Positions 1 to 9,791 of a stretch of 64,000 bases of DNA are shown in pieces. The number at the start of each line of letters is the position of its first letter. Within the stretch, counting starts at the first letter, position 1. Both the position numbers and the translations under genes were made by a program. Origin of the DNA: an uncultured Clostridia bacterium (GTDB taxonomy: Bacteria > Bacillota > Clostridia > TANB77 > CAG-508). Location: positions 238,873-302,872 of the forward strand of contig CAKPAW010000001.1 of the NCBI GenBank assembly GCA_934133165.1, written 5' to 3'. The notes below the pieces were generated by a model, which searched no databases, was not told where the DNA came from, and worked only from the letters and a program-made list of their open reading frames with translations.

Positions 1-218
1 AATACATCTAATGGATCTTCATCTCCTGCATAAGTTCTTGGTATAAATCCATAATTTGCAGGATAATGTGTAGATGTATATAATACTCTATCTAATTTAA
101 GCATACCTGTTTCTTTATCTAATTCATACTTGTTTCTTCCACCTTTTGAAATTTCAATAACTGCTACAAAATCATCCTTTTTTATTCTATCCGGATTGAT
201 GTCATGCCATATGTTCAT
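1..218 (-). CDS. ppa: inorganic pyrophosphatase, N-terminal portion (gene continues past window start)
   Basis: Minus-strand translation from the ATG at complement of 216-218 reads [72 protein letters not shown], a family I soluble PPase. An AAGGAGGAAG RBS sits at complement of 224-233. There is no stop before the window edge. Confidence 0.8.
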   Translation of the reverse strand, partial: MNIWHDINPDRIKKDDFVAVIEISKGGRNKYELDKETGMLKLDRVLYTSTHYPANYGFIPRTYAGDEDPLDV

Positions 219-365
219 TTTTTCTTCCTCCTTTAATTTTTTCTTATATATTTTAGGCTATTTTTACAAAAAAGTCCATAGATATTGCATATTTTTTTCA
301 AAAAAGCCATAAAATTTCACTTATTTTGTACTTAATCAAATTCAACTAACTTTTTCATGTAAAAA

Positions 366-414
366 TGTAAAAAGCACTTATTTCATATTTATTAAATACA
401 AAATAGTGCTTTTA
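366..414 (-). terminator. intrinsic terminator downstream of the 412..732 gene
   Basis: Inverted repeat aaaagcact...agtgctttt followed by a T-run on the minus strand. Confidence 0.45.
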
Positions 415-732
415 TTTAGTTCTTTTTTGTTTATTTATTTGTTTCCTTAAATTTCTACAAAGAGTATTAAATCCGGTTTCAGATAAATACCCTATAGTTT
501 TACTTGATAAATATCTATTCTGAATGGCATACTTATCCCATTGCTTTTCATTTGGATTTTTCTCATATTTTTTCATATACTCAATTAAGGCATTTATACT
601 TTCAGCATAATAATCTTTTTTATTTTCTTCTGATTTTACATTTATTTTTATTACACATCTTTTATAGCATATTTTTTTGCCTTTATTTTTAATTTTACAA
701 TAATTCAATTTTCCATTCAGGTGCATTACCAT
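412..732 (-). CDS. hypothetical basic, Cys-containing 106-aa protein co-transcribed with an XRE regulator
   Basis: ORF overlaps the upstream XRE gene by 7 nt. It is K/R-rich with an N-terminal C-x10-C-x3-C pattern. I recognise no family. Confidence 0.45.
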   Translation of the reverse strand: MVMHLNGKLNYCKIKNKGKKICYKRCVIKINVKSEENKKDYYAESINALIEYMKKYEKNPNEKQWDKYAIQNRYLSSKTIGYLSETGFNTLCRNLRKQINKQKRTK

Positions 733-926
733 TTAACCCTGTATAGCTCTGTTATATCTACATCTAAGGCCTTAGCTAATTGTATCATTACTACTAAACT
801 TGGACCTTTTATGTTATTTTCAATATCGTTAATATGAGTTGTTGATATACCACTTTTTTCAGATAATCTATTTAAGGTTACATTTTTTCTTTGTCTTACT
901 TGTTTTAATAATATTTCTACATACAT
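726..926 (-). CDS. XRE-family helix-turn-helix transcriptional regulator (66 aa)
   Basis: Typical Cro/C1 HTH (LSEKSGISTTHINDIENN). GGGGA RBS upstream of the ATG at 926. Confidence 0.7.
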   Translation of the reverse strand: MYVEILLKQVRQRKNVTLNRLSEKSGISTTHINDIENNIKGPSLVVMIQLAKALDVDITELYRVKW

Positions 927-1280
927 ACTTTTTTCCCCATAGACTAATTATTTTTTATTATTTAAACACAGAATCAATCCGCTATGGCGGAAATTGGAAA
1001 AATATTACTAATTTTTATATTTCATTTACTTTTATGTTTTTTCTTCTATGCTATTGCATAAGGAATTTGAATGGTTTAACCTATTAAAAATATTTTTACC
1101 TATTTGTTAATATTTATTTCTTAAAATTTTACCATTCTTTTACATTTTTATTTTACTTAACATAATATTCTATATGTTCTCTTAAATTCCTTCTTTTTAT
1201 ATATATTTTTATCTTTTATATCATTTTTTATTCATTTAAAAATTTTATTTAAAAGTTTTCATATTTTTTTAATTTTATGC

Positions 1281-1310
1281 TTGACAAATTATTATTTTTA
1301 GTATTATAAT
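1281..1310 (+). promoter_or_regulatory. sigma-A type promoter for tRNA-Leu
   Basis: TTGACA at 1281-1286 and TATAAT at 1305-1310 with an 18-nt spacer, roughly 35 nt upstream of the tRNA 5' end. Confidence 0.45.
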
Positions 1311-1344
1311 ATGACTTGTCAGTTGCAAAACATATATAAAAAAT

Positions 1345-1432
1345 GCAGATGTGGCGGAACTGGCAGACGCACAGGACTTAAAATCCTGCGGTTGAATAAA
1401 CCGTGCCGGTTCGATTCCGGCCATCTGCACCA
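1345..1432 (+). tRNA. tRNA-Leu: tRNA-Leu (anticodon TAA), class II with long variable arm, CCA encoded
   Basis: GCAGATGTGGCGGAA...anticodon loop CTTAAAA...GGTTCGATTCC T-arm...CATCTGC-A-CCA. Acceptor stem complementarity is 7/7. Confidence 0.9.
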
Positions 1433-1437
1433 TTAGA

Positions 1438-1477
1438 ACCTCAAGTAGTTCGTAAGATATACTTGAGGTTTTAATTT
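1438..1477 (+). terminator. intrinsic terminator after tRNA-Leu
   Basis: Stem acctcaagta/tacttgaggt followed by TTTAATTT. Confidence 0.6.
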
Positions 1478-1610
1478 ATAAAAAAAGCAAAATACAAAAT
1501 TAACAAAATGAAAAAAACTTACAGAAGATGCAATTTATAAATAGTTCGTAGAAAATAAATAATAGATAATATTATTTATGTTATAATATACATGGAATTG
1601 GAAGTTTCAA

Positions 1611-2130
1611 ATGGAAATAAATTACCCACCATATATAATAACAGATAAAATGTTAAATTTAGCAACAAGCATAATGAAAGAAATAGGAGAAGCTAATTAT
1701 TTTGAAAGTCCAAATAGATTTCCAGAATTAAGAAGGAAAACAAGAATAAAGTCAATACATTCATCTTTAGATATTGAAAATAATCATTATAATTATTTCA
1801 AGTTGAAACTGTAATAAATGAAAAAGCGGTTATATGAGAACAAAAAGATATTCAAGAGGTAAAAATGCATATAAAACTTATGAAGAAATTGACAATGTGA
1901 ATCCGTATTCTATAGAGGATTTAAAAAAGATACAAGGAATACTAACTTTTGCTATTGAAGATGATAATGAATTGTAATAATGCAGGAAATTCAAATGAGT
2001 TTATTGAATTTATGCTTAAAACTATAAATGAAGCTGTAGATGGAATGATTGTAACATCTAATCAAGAAACTACACAAAAGACTACACAAGAAAAAATAAT
2101 AATTTTAATTAAGAAAAATCCAACTTTTAT
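1611..2130 (+). pseudogene. decayed Fic/Doc-family gene, frameshifted fragments with no catalytic HPFx(D/E)GNGR core
   Basis: Three frame-separated pieces. 1611-1814 carries the N-terminal inhibitory-helix-like motif SIHSSLDIENN. About 1856-1976 encodes NAYKTYEEIDNVNPYSIEDLKKIQGILTFAIEDDNEL. 1949-2130 encodes the C-terminal EFIEFMLKTINEAVDGMI...QEKIIILIKKNPTFIR. The roughly 100 aa between them that should hold the Fic motif are absent. Confidence 0.55.
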
Positions 2131-2151
2131 TAGGTTGGATTTTTCATTATT

Positions 2152-3234
2152 TTATTTTTCAATATATCCTTCTATTGATTTAGAATACATGTCTTCTGTT
2201 ATAGATTTATATCTTTCTCCGTCATAGTCATCTGTAAATCCATTATATGCTTTGTAAATATCTCCTGTTTCTGTATCATATACTCTCTCATATCCTAATA
2301 TTGCATCACTTTGTTTCTGGCTCATTCTGTCATAAGCTGCATTTCTTGATTCCCATGAAGACATTATACTATCTGATATTTGGTTGCAAATATTTCTTAC
2401 ACTTTGGAAAGTTTTCATAACTGCATCTTGTTGACTATTGTATCCATTAATAAATGTATCTGTAAAGTCTAAAGATGAAACCATTTTATTTAAAGTTTCT
2501 TCCCAGTTTATAAATTCATCTTTTGGCGCTGTAATAAATATAGTATTGTATACATTTAAATAATATATATCTATTTGTTTTCCTGACATTATATTTTCAT
2601 AAACATAGTATGGACCAGCATCATAAACATACGCGGTAAATAGTCCTTCCGCTTCTTTTCCCTTTTCATCTTTAAATGACGCTCTTAGTACATCTCCTCC
2701 AAAGGCTGAAGTTCCTACTTTTTCAATTGTAGTAAAGTCTGTTAGTGTTGGAAATGTAAATGTCGCTGTATTATTTAATGTTCCTAAATCATTAAATATT
2801 TTATAAAATCCTTCTGTTGTTTTCTCTTCTATTACAGATGTTTTGGCAAACATTGAGTCTGGATAATATTTTTGTTGCCACGCTTTTGCTTCTTGAGATT
2901 TGTTGTACCCTTCTGTTTTCATATTAAAAAACATTTGATAAGTTGGATTTTCTGGATTATAAACTCTTATTGTATAATGAATATTATCTCCCAAAGTATC
3001 TACTTTCCAACCTTCTGGAACTTTCATTGTAAATAATCCATTATTATAATCTACTAAATTAATAGCTTTTGCTTCACTTTGTCTTATTTTTATTTGTTGC
3101 TTATTTGATGCTCCAGTATCCTTATTTATCATTTCATTACCACCCTTAACATTTTTTACAACTATTCCAGCAATAATAAGAACTATTATAACAGCTATTA
3201 TGCTTATAATCATTATCCTTTTATCTTTTTCCAT
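2152..3234 (-). CDS. hypothetical membrane-anchored protein (360 aa) in an operon with sortase B
   Basis: N-terminal TM helix, 2-nt gap from srtB, no recognised domain. Confidence 0.55.
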   Translation of the reverse strand: MEKDKRIMIISIIAVIIVLIIAGIVVKNVKGGNEMINKDTGASNKQQIKIRQSEAKAINLVDYNNGLFTMKVPEGWKVDTLGDNIHYTIRVYNPENPTYQMFFNMKTEGYNKSQEAKAWQQKYYPDSMFAKTSVIEEKTTEGFYKIFNDLGTLNNTATFTFPTLTDFTTIEKVGTSAFGGDVLRASFKDEKGKEAEGLFTAYVYDAGPYYVYENIMSGKQIDIYYLNVYNTIFITAPKDEFINWEETLNKMVSSLDFTDTFINGYNSQQDAVMKTFQSVRNICNQISDSIMSSWESRNAAYDRMSQKQSDAILGYERVYDTETGDIYKAYNGFTDDYDGERYKSITEDMYSKSIEGYIEK

Positions 3235-3236
3235 CT

Positions 3237-3986
3237 TTACTCCTCCTTTAATACTTTCTTAGCATGTAATACTACTCTATATTTATTATTGTTAGCACAT
3301 GTTGATAATGTTAAAATACTATCTTTTGAGGTTACTTCTACTCCAAAATCTTTAACACTTCTCTTTTTTATAGTTTCTATAAATTTTTCAAATTTATCTT
3401 CTGTTTTAAATTCTGTTTGAATATAATATTCTTCATTTTCTATTTGATAAACGGAAAATACCTCATATATACCATTTTCGTTTTCAGTATTAAATATAAT
3501 ATTTCTATTTTCCTCATTATTATACCACTCAGGTGATAAAATACCTTTTAATGTTGCAAACATTGATCCATCTTTTCTATTATGTCCGTACATTACTATA
3601 TTTTTATCTGTTCCATCAAATTTATTTTTGTAGTCTGCAAATGGCCAACCTGCTAAATTATAACTTTTATCAAAGCTATGTGTTAAATAATAACTATTAT
3701 TACTTGTTTTTACTATTGGATATTCTATATTCGTATTATTAACTTTAATCCATGCCACAGTTTCATCATTTTGTTCTTTTAAAGAATTAAAGTCTACAAT
3801 ATATTGTTTTTGTTCTTCATTTTCATCTTGTTGAATTGTTATAGTTTCACTTATTTGGTCTGTTATCTTCTTACTATTTTGATTTTCTTTGTACCAATTG
3901 TAAATTTTAATACCCGAATATATTAATATTCCTATTAATATCACACAAATAATATTGATTATAATTATCTTTTTGCTTTTTTTCAT
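3237..3986 (-). CDS. srtB: class B sortase
   Basis: N-terminal membrane anchor, a YGHN-type His region (IVMYGHNRKDGSMFA), and the catalytic TLSTC motif near the C-terminus. Confidence 0.8.
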   Translation of the reverse strand: MKKSKKIIIINIICVILIGILIYSGIKIYNWYKENQNSKKITDQISETITIQQDENEEQKQYIVDFNSLKEQNDETVAWIKVNNTNIEYPIVKTSNNSYYLTHSFDKSYNLAGWPFADYKNKFDGTDKNIVMYGHNRKDGSMFATLKGILSPEWYNNEENRNIIFNTENENGIYEVFSVYQIENEEYYIQTEFKTEDKFEKFIETIKKRSVKDFGVEVTSKDSILTLSTCANNNKYRVVLHAKKVLKEE

Positions 3987-4141
3987 TGATACTTTCCTTC
4001 CATATAATCTTTATTTATATATTATAGTATTTTGATTATAACATTTAATTAACTTTTTAGTTTGCTAATTATATATTTTTTAAATTATCATATTTGTATA
4101 ATATAATCTACTAAAGTTTAGTTTCACTATAAGATAAAATA

Positions 4142-4176
4142 CACAGGCAATTATTAATTTGCCTGCGTTTTTTGTC
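4142..4176 (-). terminator. bidirectional intrinsic terminator after the surface-protein gene
   Basis: caggcaa...ttgcctg stem with T-runs on both strands. Confidence 0.5.
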
Positions 4177-4188
4177 TTTCTTATATTT

Positions 4189-5715
4189 CTATTTTTTTCT
4201 AATTTTTATTGTTGCTATTAATCCCATTGTTGCTATTGTAAATAGTGCTATAACTGCTCCAATGTTGTCTCCTGTTTTTGGGTTGTTTATTTTTTCTTCG
4301 TTGTTAGAGGTATTTGTTTGTCCTCCTTCATTTTCAATATTTTCTGCTATTACACCATATTCACTTAAGTGAGTAGTTTCAAATACTAGATATCCTTCTT
4401 CAATTGTTGCTGGTAATGTTTCTTTTATTTTGCCTTCTAAAATATATACTACTTCATATTTGTTATATCCTTTTAATTCTTCTGGTAATGCTATTTTTAT
4501 TTTCATTTTCGTATCGCTTATTTTCACAATATTGTTTCCATCTAGTACATTAATGTCTGCTATAAACTTAACATTTTTATTTGCTAATTCTGTATTTACT
4601 TCTACTTTTTGAATATCTAATTTATAATTTTTGTTAATTTCATTTTCAAATTCAATATTAGCTTTTGTTTCTCCTGTACTTTCAATCTCTTTAACAGTTT
4701 CCTTAACAGGCTTTTCTGTTGTTCCTGCATTTTTAGTCCAAGAAGCATATAAAGTTATATTTTTATATCTCTCATAACCACTTTCTTCTTTTATTAAAGT
4801 ATCTTTTTCAAATTCTGTAGCTCCTTCTTTATCCCAAAGTCTCCAATACATATATTTATAGTTTTTTCCGCTTCCATCATTTTTAGAATTCCAACCATTA
4901 AAAGTGTATCCTTCTCTTACAGGTATATATGGTAAAAGTGACATAGCTGTTCCTGAATTTCCACCACCTAGATAATCATATTTGTTAGACGCTTTACCAT
5001 CAATAGTACCACCATTAGCATTTAAGATTAATACAATTCCGTCACCTTTAAAAGTATCTTGAGTATATGTAGCAGTTAAATCAATTGCAACATTTTTTGC
5101 AAAAGCACTTGTGTCAACAGAAGTAACAATTTTTCCATCTAAATCCCAGCCTTTGAAAGTGTAGCCTTTTCTTACTGGTGTATATTTTGTTAAATCAATT
5201 GTTTTAAATTCTGTTACTTTACTTTCCAATGTTATTTTTGCTTTACCATTTATTGTACCTCCAAATGCATCAAAAGTTACATAGTATTTGCCACTATCTT
5301 TTAATTCTTTATCTGAAAATTTAGCATTAAGAGTTAAACTATTAGTATAATTAATTTCTTCACCTGTTGATGTCCAAAATGTTCCATTACCAGTAAAATC
5401 TGCTATTGCTAATTCTTCACTAGCTTTCACATTTTCTGCCATTTCCCAATGTGAAAATTCAGTTTTGCCATTAAAAGGAACAATTCCTTTTGTTAATTCA
5501 GATAATTTAACTGTTTTTTCTCCTTCTGTAACATTAAATCTTATAAGTTTTGCATATTCACCATCAAAACCAGCATCGTAATCATTAACAGTTAGTAGTA
5601 ATGAATATTTGCCATCATCACTAATTGTTGCAGCATTTACCGTGTTTGAAAGACTAAGCAGACATATGCTGACTAAAATAATTGCTAAAAATATCAAACA
5701 TTTTTTAGTTTTCAT
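4189..5715 (-). CDS. cell-wall-anchored surface protein with NPKTG sorting signal and Listeria-Bacteroides (Flg_new-type) repeats; putative SrtB substrate
   Basis: Start set at the internal MKTKKCLIFLAIIL signal peptide (ATG complement 5713-5715) with an AGGAGGGG RBS. C-terminal NPKTG, then a hydrophobic stretch, then RKK. Repeated GYTFKGW/GYTFNGW motifs. Confidence 0.75.
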   Translation of the reverse strand: MKTKKCLIFLAIILVSICLLSLSNTVNAATISDDGKYSLLLTVNDYDAGFDGEYAKLIRFNVTEGEKTVKLSELTKGIVPFNGKTEFSHWEMAENVKASEELAIADFTGNGTFWTSTGEEINYTNSLTLNAKFSDKELKDSGKYYVTFDAFGGTINGKAKITLESKVTEFKTIDLTKYTPVRKGYTFKGWDLDGKIVTSVDTSAFAKNVAIDLTATYTQDTFKGDGIVLILNANGGTIDGKASNKYDYLGGGNSGTAMSLLPYIPVREGYTFNGWNSKNDGSGKNYKYMYWRLWDKEGATEFEKDTLIKEESGYERYKNITLYASWTKNAGTTEKPVKETVKEIESTGETKANIEFENEINKNYKLDIQKVEVNTELANKNVKFIADINVLDGNNIVKISDTKMKIKIALPEELKGYNKYEVVYILEGKIKETLPATIEEGYLVFETTHLSEYGVIAENIENEGGQTNTSNNEEKINNPKTGDNIGAVIALFTIATMGLIATIKIRKK

Positions 5716-5830
5716 TTTCTTTCCCCTCCTATTTTTATTTTTTATATTTGTCATTTTAGCATATAAAATATAAACTTTATAAATAATTGCCAATATTTTA
5801 TTTCTTTTTTGGTAACTCATACTTTCCAAT

Positions 5831-5858
5831 TTGCTTTTCCGTAAATTTGTAGTATAAT
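5831..5858 (+). promoter_or_regulatory. candidate promoter for the 575-aa HTH gene
   Basis: TTGCTT, 16-nt spacer, TATAAT, then a TAGGAGA RBS before the ATG at 5894. Confidence 0.4.
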
Positions 5859-5893
5859 GTAAAAAAATAATTCTTAGTTAGGAGATTTTTATT

Positions 5894-7621
5894 ATGAATT
5901 TTAGTGAACAATTAAATGAATATATGTCACAAATAGATTGTTCTGCAAAAGAACTTTCAAACATTTCAGGGCTTTCACCTACTGTTATAAGTCGTTATCG
6001 TAATGGTGAAAGAACTCCTAGTATTAGAAGCACACAATTAAATTCATTAGTAGATGGTTTATATGAATTGGCTTTAGCTAAAAAAGTAAAATTATCAAAA
6101 GAAGAAATACATAAAAGTTTTTCTACAATTTTAAATGATGTTCATATAGATTTAGACCAGCTTGTTAAAAATTTTAATGAACTTGTTTCTGTTTTTAATA
6201 TAAATATAGCAGAACTTTCTAGAAAAATAGGTTACAATTCTTCTTATCTTTCTAAAATTCGTACAGGTAACATATACCCTACTAAACCTCAAATTTTTAT
6301 AGATGATGTAAGTAATTTTATTGTAAATAAATACAACTCAGAAGATGATAAAAAAGCAATTTCTCTTCTTATAAATTGCAATGTAGAAAAATTAAATAGT
6401 CAGTCTAATTATTATGAAAATTTAAAAAACTGGTTTTCTACTAATACATCTCCTAGTCATAATTATATTGACGACTTTTTAAATAATTTAGATACATTTG
6501 ATTTAAATGAATATATAAAAGCTATACACTTTGATGAAATGAAAGTTCCTTTTGTGCCTTTTTATAAATCTGGTTCAAGAAACTATTATGGAATAGAAGA
6601 AATGAAAAAAGGTGAACTAGATTTCTTTAAAGCTACTGTACTTTCAAAATCTGATGAACCTGTTTTTATGTGTAGTGATATGCCTATGGAAGATATGGCT
6701 AAAGACCTTGATTTCGGTAAAAAGTGGATGTTTGCTATTGCAATGACTTTAAAGAAAGGCTTACATTTAAACATAATTCACAATATAGATAGACCTTTCA
6801 ATGAAATGATGCTTGGACTAGAAAGTTGGATTCCAATTTACATGACAGGACAAGTTTCTCCTTATTACTTAAGTGGTTTTAAAGACAATGTTTATAGTCA
6901 CATTAACTATACATCTGGCTTAGTAGCACTTACTGGCGAATGTATTAACGGACATCATGATAAGGGAAAATATTATTTAACAAGTTCAAAAACAGAAGTT
7001 GAATATTATAAAACAAAATCTGAATTACTATTAAATAAAGCTAAACCACTTATGGAAATTTATAAAGTAGAAAACAAAAATGCTTTTAATGCATTTTTAT
7101 CTTCAAGTTCAAAAACAAGTGGAAATAGAAGAAGAATTTTATCTTCTTTACCAATTCACACAATTTCTGATGAATTACTATTAAAAATATTAAAACGTAA
7201 TAAAATTTCTGAAGAAGATACAAAAAATATAGTTTCAGCTGTAAAAACTCAAAAAGAACTAATAGAAAATGTGCTACAAAATAATATATATGAAGATGAA
7301 ATACATGAAATTTCAAAAAAAGATTTCGAAAAAAATGTACCTGCACTTTCTCTTTCTGATAGTTTTTATGAGGGTAAAATTTATTATACATATGAAGAAT
7401 ATTCAGAGCATTTAAAACAAACAGAAAAATATGAGAAATGTGTAGACAATTATAAATTAAATACAAACTACAATCACACATTTAAAAACATACAGGTTCT
7501 TATTTGCGAAAAAAGTTGGGTTATGATTTCAAAAGATACTAGTCCTTCAATACACTTTGTAATACATCACCCTAAGCTTAGAGACGCAATAGAAAACTTT
7601 ATTCCACCAGTTGTAGAATAA
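5894..7621 (+). CDS. large (575 aa) protein with two N-terminal XRE-type HTH modules, divergent from the sortase operon; putative transcriptional regulator
   Basis: Two HTH-like segments (SAKELSNISGLSPTVISRYRNGERTP and IAELSRKIGYNSSYLSKIRTGN). The remaining roughly 400 aa are unrecognised. Confidence 0.55.
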   Translation: MNFSEQLNEYMSQIDCSAKELSNISGLSPTVISRYRNGERTPSIRSTQLNSLVDGLYELALAKKVKLSKEEIHKSFSTILNDVHIDLDQLVKNFNELVSVFNINIAELSRKIGYNSSYLSKIRTGNIYPTKPQIFIDDVSNFIVNKYNSEDDKKAISLLINCNVEKLNSQSNYYENLKNWFSTNTSPSHNYIDDFLNNLDTFDLNEYIKAIHFDEMKVPFVPFYKSGSRNYYGIEEMKKGELDFFKATVLSKSDEPVFMCSDMPMEDMAKDLDFGKKWMFAIAMTLKKGLHLNIIHNIDRPFNEMMLGLESWIPIYMTGQVSPYYLSGFKDNVYSHINYTSGLVALTGECINGHHDKGKYYLTSSKTEVEYYKTKSELLLNKAKPLMEIYKVENKNAFNAFLSSSSKTSGNRRRILSSLPIHTISDELLLKILKRNKISEEDTKNIVSAVKTQKELIENVLQNNIYEDEIHEISKKDFEKNVPALSLSDSFYEGKIYYTYEEYSEHLKQTEKYEKCVDNYKLNTNYNHTFKNIQVLICEKSWVMISKDTSPSIHFVIHHPKLRDAIENFIPPVVE

Positions 7622-7644
7622 TAATTTTTAAATTTGCTAGAATA

Positions 7645-7690
7645 TAAAAAACAAGAATTTTTAGACTACTAAAATTCTTGTTTTTTATTT
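7645..7690. terminator. bidirectional terminator between convergent genes
   Basis: aacaagaatttt...aaaattcttgtt stem flanked by A-run and T-run. The preceding TAGAATATAAAAAA resembles the repeat-family core. Confidence 0.55.
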
Positions 7691-8604
7691 TAATCTTTAT
7701 AAAATTTTCCTTGCCATAAATCTCTTGCTCTAAATCGTTTTTCAAATCCGTGCAATATCCACATTTTATGCTTATTCCAATATGGTGCTACTAATATATC
7801 TTTTGGAGCATCTCCTGAAATTCTGTGTATTATTAAATTTGGATTTAAGTGTACCATTATATCTATTAGAGTTTCTATGTAATCGTCTAAATCTAATGCC
7901 TTATATTCCCCTTTTCTATACATATCTGCCAATACTGTATTTTCTACAACATATGTTGAATGTATTTTTACCCCCTGTAATTTGTGTTTATTTATAAAAT
8001 CAACTGTATCTTCTATGTTTTTTTTGGTTTCGTTTGGAAGTCCAACCATTATATGTGCCACAACATCTATATCATATTTATTTAATATTTCTACCGCTTC
8101 TGTAAATTGTTTAGATGTATAACCTCTGTTTATTATTTTTCCAATTTCATCATTACTTGTTTGAAGCCCAAGCTCTACACATACATAATATTTTTCTTTA
8201 TAACTTGCTAACAATTTTGCTATTTCTTCATTTATGCAATCTGGTCTTGTTCCTACTTCCAGTCCCACAATTCTATCATCTATTAATGCAGAATCATATT
8301 TTTGCTTTAAATTTTCTACTGTATCATATGTATTTGTAAAATTTTGAAAATACACTATAAATTTATTAGCTCTATTAGCTCTATATGTGGTAAAGTAGTG
8401 TTTTACTTGTTCTTTTATACTTTCCTTGCAAGTAATTAGTTCGCCAGAACCTTGCTCACTACAATATATGCAACCTCCATACCCTATTTTTCCATCTCTA
8501 TTTGGGCAAGTAAATCCTCCATCTACACATATTTTTAAAGTTCTTTCTCCAAACTTTTCTTTCAAATATTCATTTAAATGTTTATATCTTTCTATATCTT
8601 CCAT
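7690..8604 (-). CDS. radical SAM protein, TIGR01212 family
   Basis: FTCPNRDGKIGYGGCIYC cysteine cluster and the family-typical C-terminal region. Confidence 0.75.
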   Translation of the reverse strand: MEDIERYKHLNEYLKEKFGERTLKICVDGGFTCPNRDGKIGYGGCIYCSEQGSGELITCKESIKEQVKHYFTTYRANRANKFIVYFQNFTNTYDTVENLKQKYDSALIDDRIVGLEVGTRPDCINEEIAKLLASYKEKYYVCVELGLQTSNDEIGKIINRGYTSKQFTEAVEILNKYDIDVVAHIMVGLPNETKKNIEDTVDFINKHKLQGVKIHSTYVVENTVLADMYRKGEYKALDLDDYIETLIDIMVHLNPNLIIHRISGDAPKDILVAPYWNKHKMWILHGFEKRFRARDLWQGKFYKD

Positions 8605-8676
8605 AATGCACTTATTATAATAAATATTTTTAAATTTATCAACAAATTACTAATAATATGTGGAAAACTCACAGAT

Positions 8677-9735
8677 TTATTCCTGTGAGTTTTCTCTTTG
8701 CTCTACAATTGGATCTATTATGTTATACTTTCTTTCATAATCTTTTGTATCTGTGTATGCCTTATATACTTCAGATTTATTTTTCTTTAAAAAGTTTATA
8801 ATTGAATATACGTCAATCCATATTTGGTTAACTCCCTCTTTTTGGGATTCATCAAATATAAGTTGCATTCCAAAATGTAAATGTGGAACATTTATATTAT
8901 TTACATTTTCTTTCGCACTATATCCAGTCATTCCAAGGTATCCTATTACATCTCCTGCTTTTACTATCTTACCCTCACACATGTCTTTGGCATATGGATG
9001 GTCTTTTCTTAAATGTGCATAATAATAGTATCTTTTTCCATCAAAACTTCTTATACCAATTCTCCAACCTCCATATTGATTCCACCCACACGCTTCTACT
9101 ATTCCACTTTCTACTGCTATAATTGGTGTTCCTATAGAACCCATTAAGTCATTTCCTAAATGAACTCTTTTATAACCATATGACCTTGCATTTCCAAAAT
9201 CATTATAATGACTGAATCCATAATTTTTAGCAATTGGTAAAAATGCCTTTATTCCATACTTTTCTTTATATATTTTATTTTGATTTTCATCTAAAGTTTC
9301 TATTTGGTAAATTCCTATAAATTCATCTAATATTGCTGTATACGCTTCTATATAGTAAGAATATAGTTTTATATCCTTTGTTATTTCATTCATGTTTTCA
9401 CCATTTTTTAGCCTTACCACTATATCGTCTAAATCTTTTTGTTTAAATTGTTTAAAATTACCACCATATTTTGTAGCCAAATATGAAATAAGTTCAATCC
9501 AATTTAATTTTATTTCTTCATCTTTGTTATGCGAATTTATATCTAATTTTGAAGTTTTTTCTAGTACTTCTAATGGAACATTAAAATCTACCCATTTTAT
9601 ATATTTTTTCTCTTCTTGTTTTTGTTCCTCTGCAAAAGATTTAACTAAAAAAAATGAGCCTATTATTACTATAAGTGTTACTGTCACAATTAATACCATA
9701 TAAATCTTTTTCATTTTTACTGCTTTAACAATCAT
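8677..9735 (-). CDS. membrane-anchored M23 family metallopeptidase
   Basis: N-terminal TM. C-terminal M23 motifs HLGNDL...GYSAKENVNNINVPHLHFGM. Confidence 0.75.
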   Translation of the reverse strand: MIVKAVKMKKIYMVLIVTVTLIVIIGSFFLVKSFAEEQKQEEKKYIKWVDFNVPLEVLEKTSKLDINSHNKDEEIKLNWIELISYLATKYGGNFKQFKQKDLDDIVVRLKNGENMNEITKDIKLYSYYIEAYTAILDEFIGIYQIETLDENQNKIYKEKYGIKAFLPIAKNYGFSHYNDFGNARSYGYKRVHLGNDLMGSIGTPIIAVESGIVEACGWNQYGGWRIGIRSFDGKRYYYYAHLRKDHPYAKDMCEGKIVKAGDVIGYLGMTGYSAKENVNNINVPHLHFGMQLIFDESQKEGVNQIWIDVYSIINFLKKNKSEVYKAYTDTKDYERKYNIIDPIVEQRENSQE

Positions 9736-9791
9736 TTTTTATCTCTCCTATTTTTAATATTTATTCTGTTTTTATAAAAAAATGCATTAAA

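Noticed and set aside
1813-1857. Tiny ORF MKKRLYENKKIFKR inside the Fic remnant
   Set aside because: It is a 14-codon by-product of the frameshifts, with no RBS.
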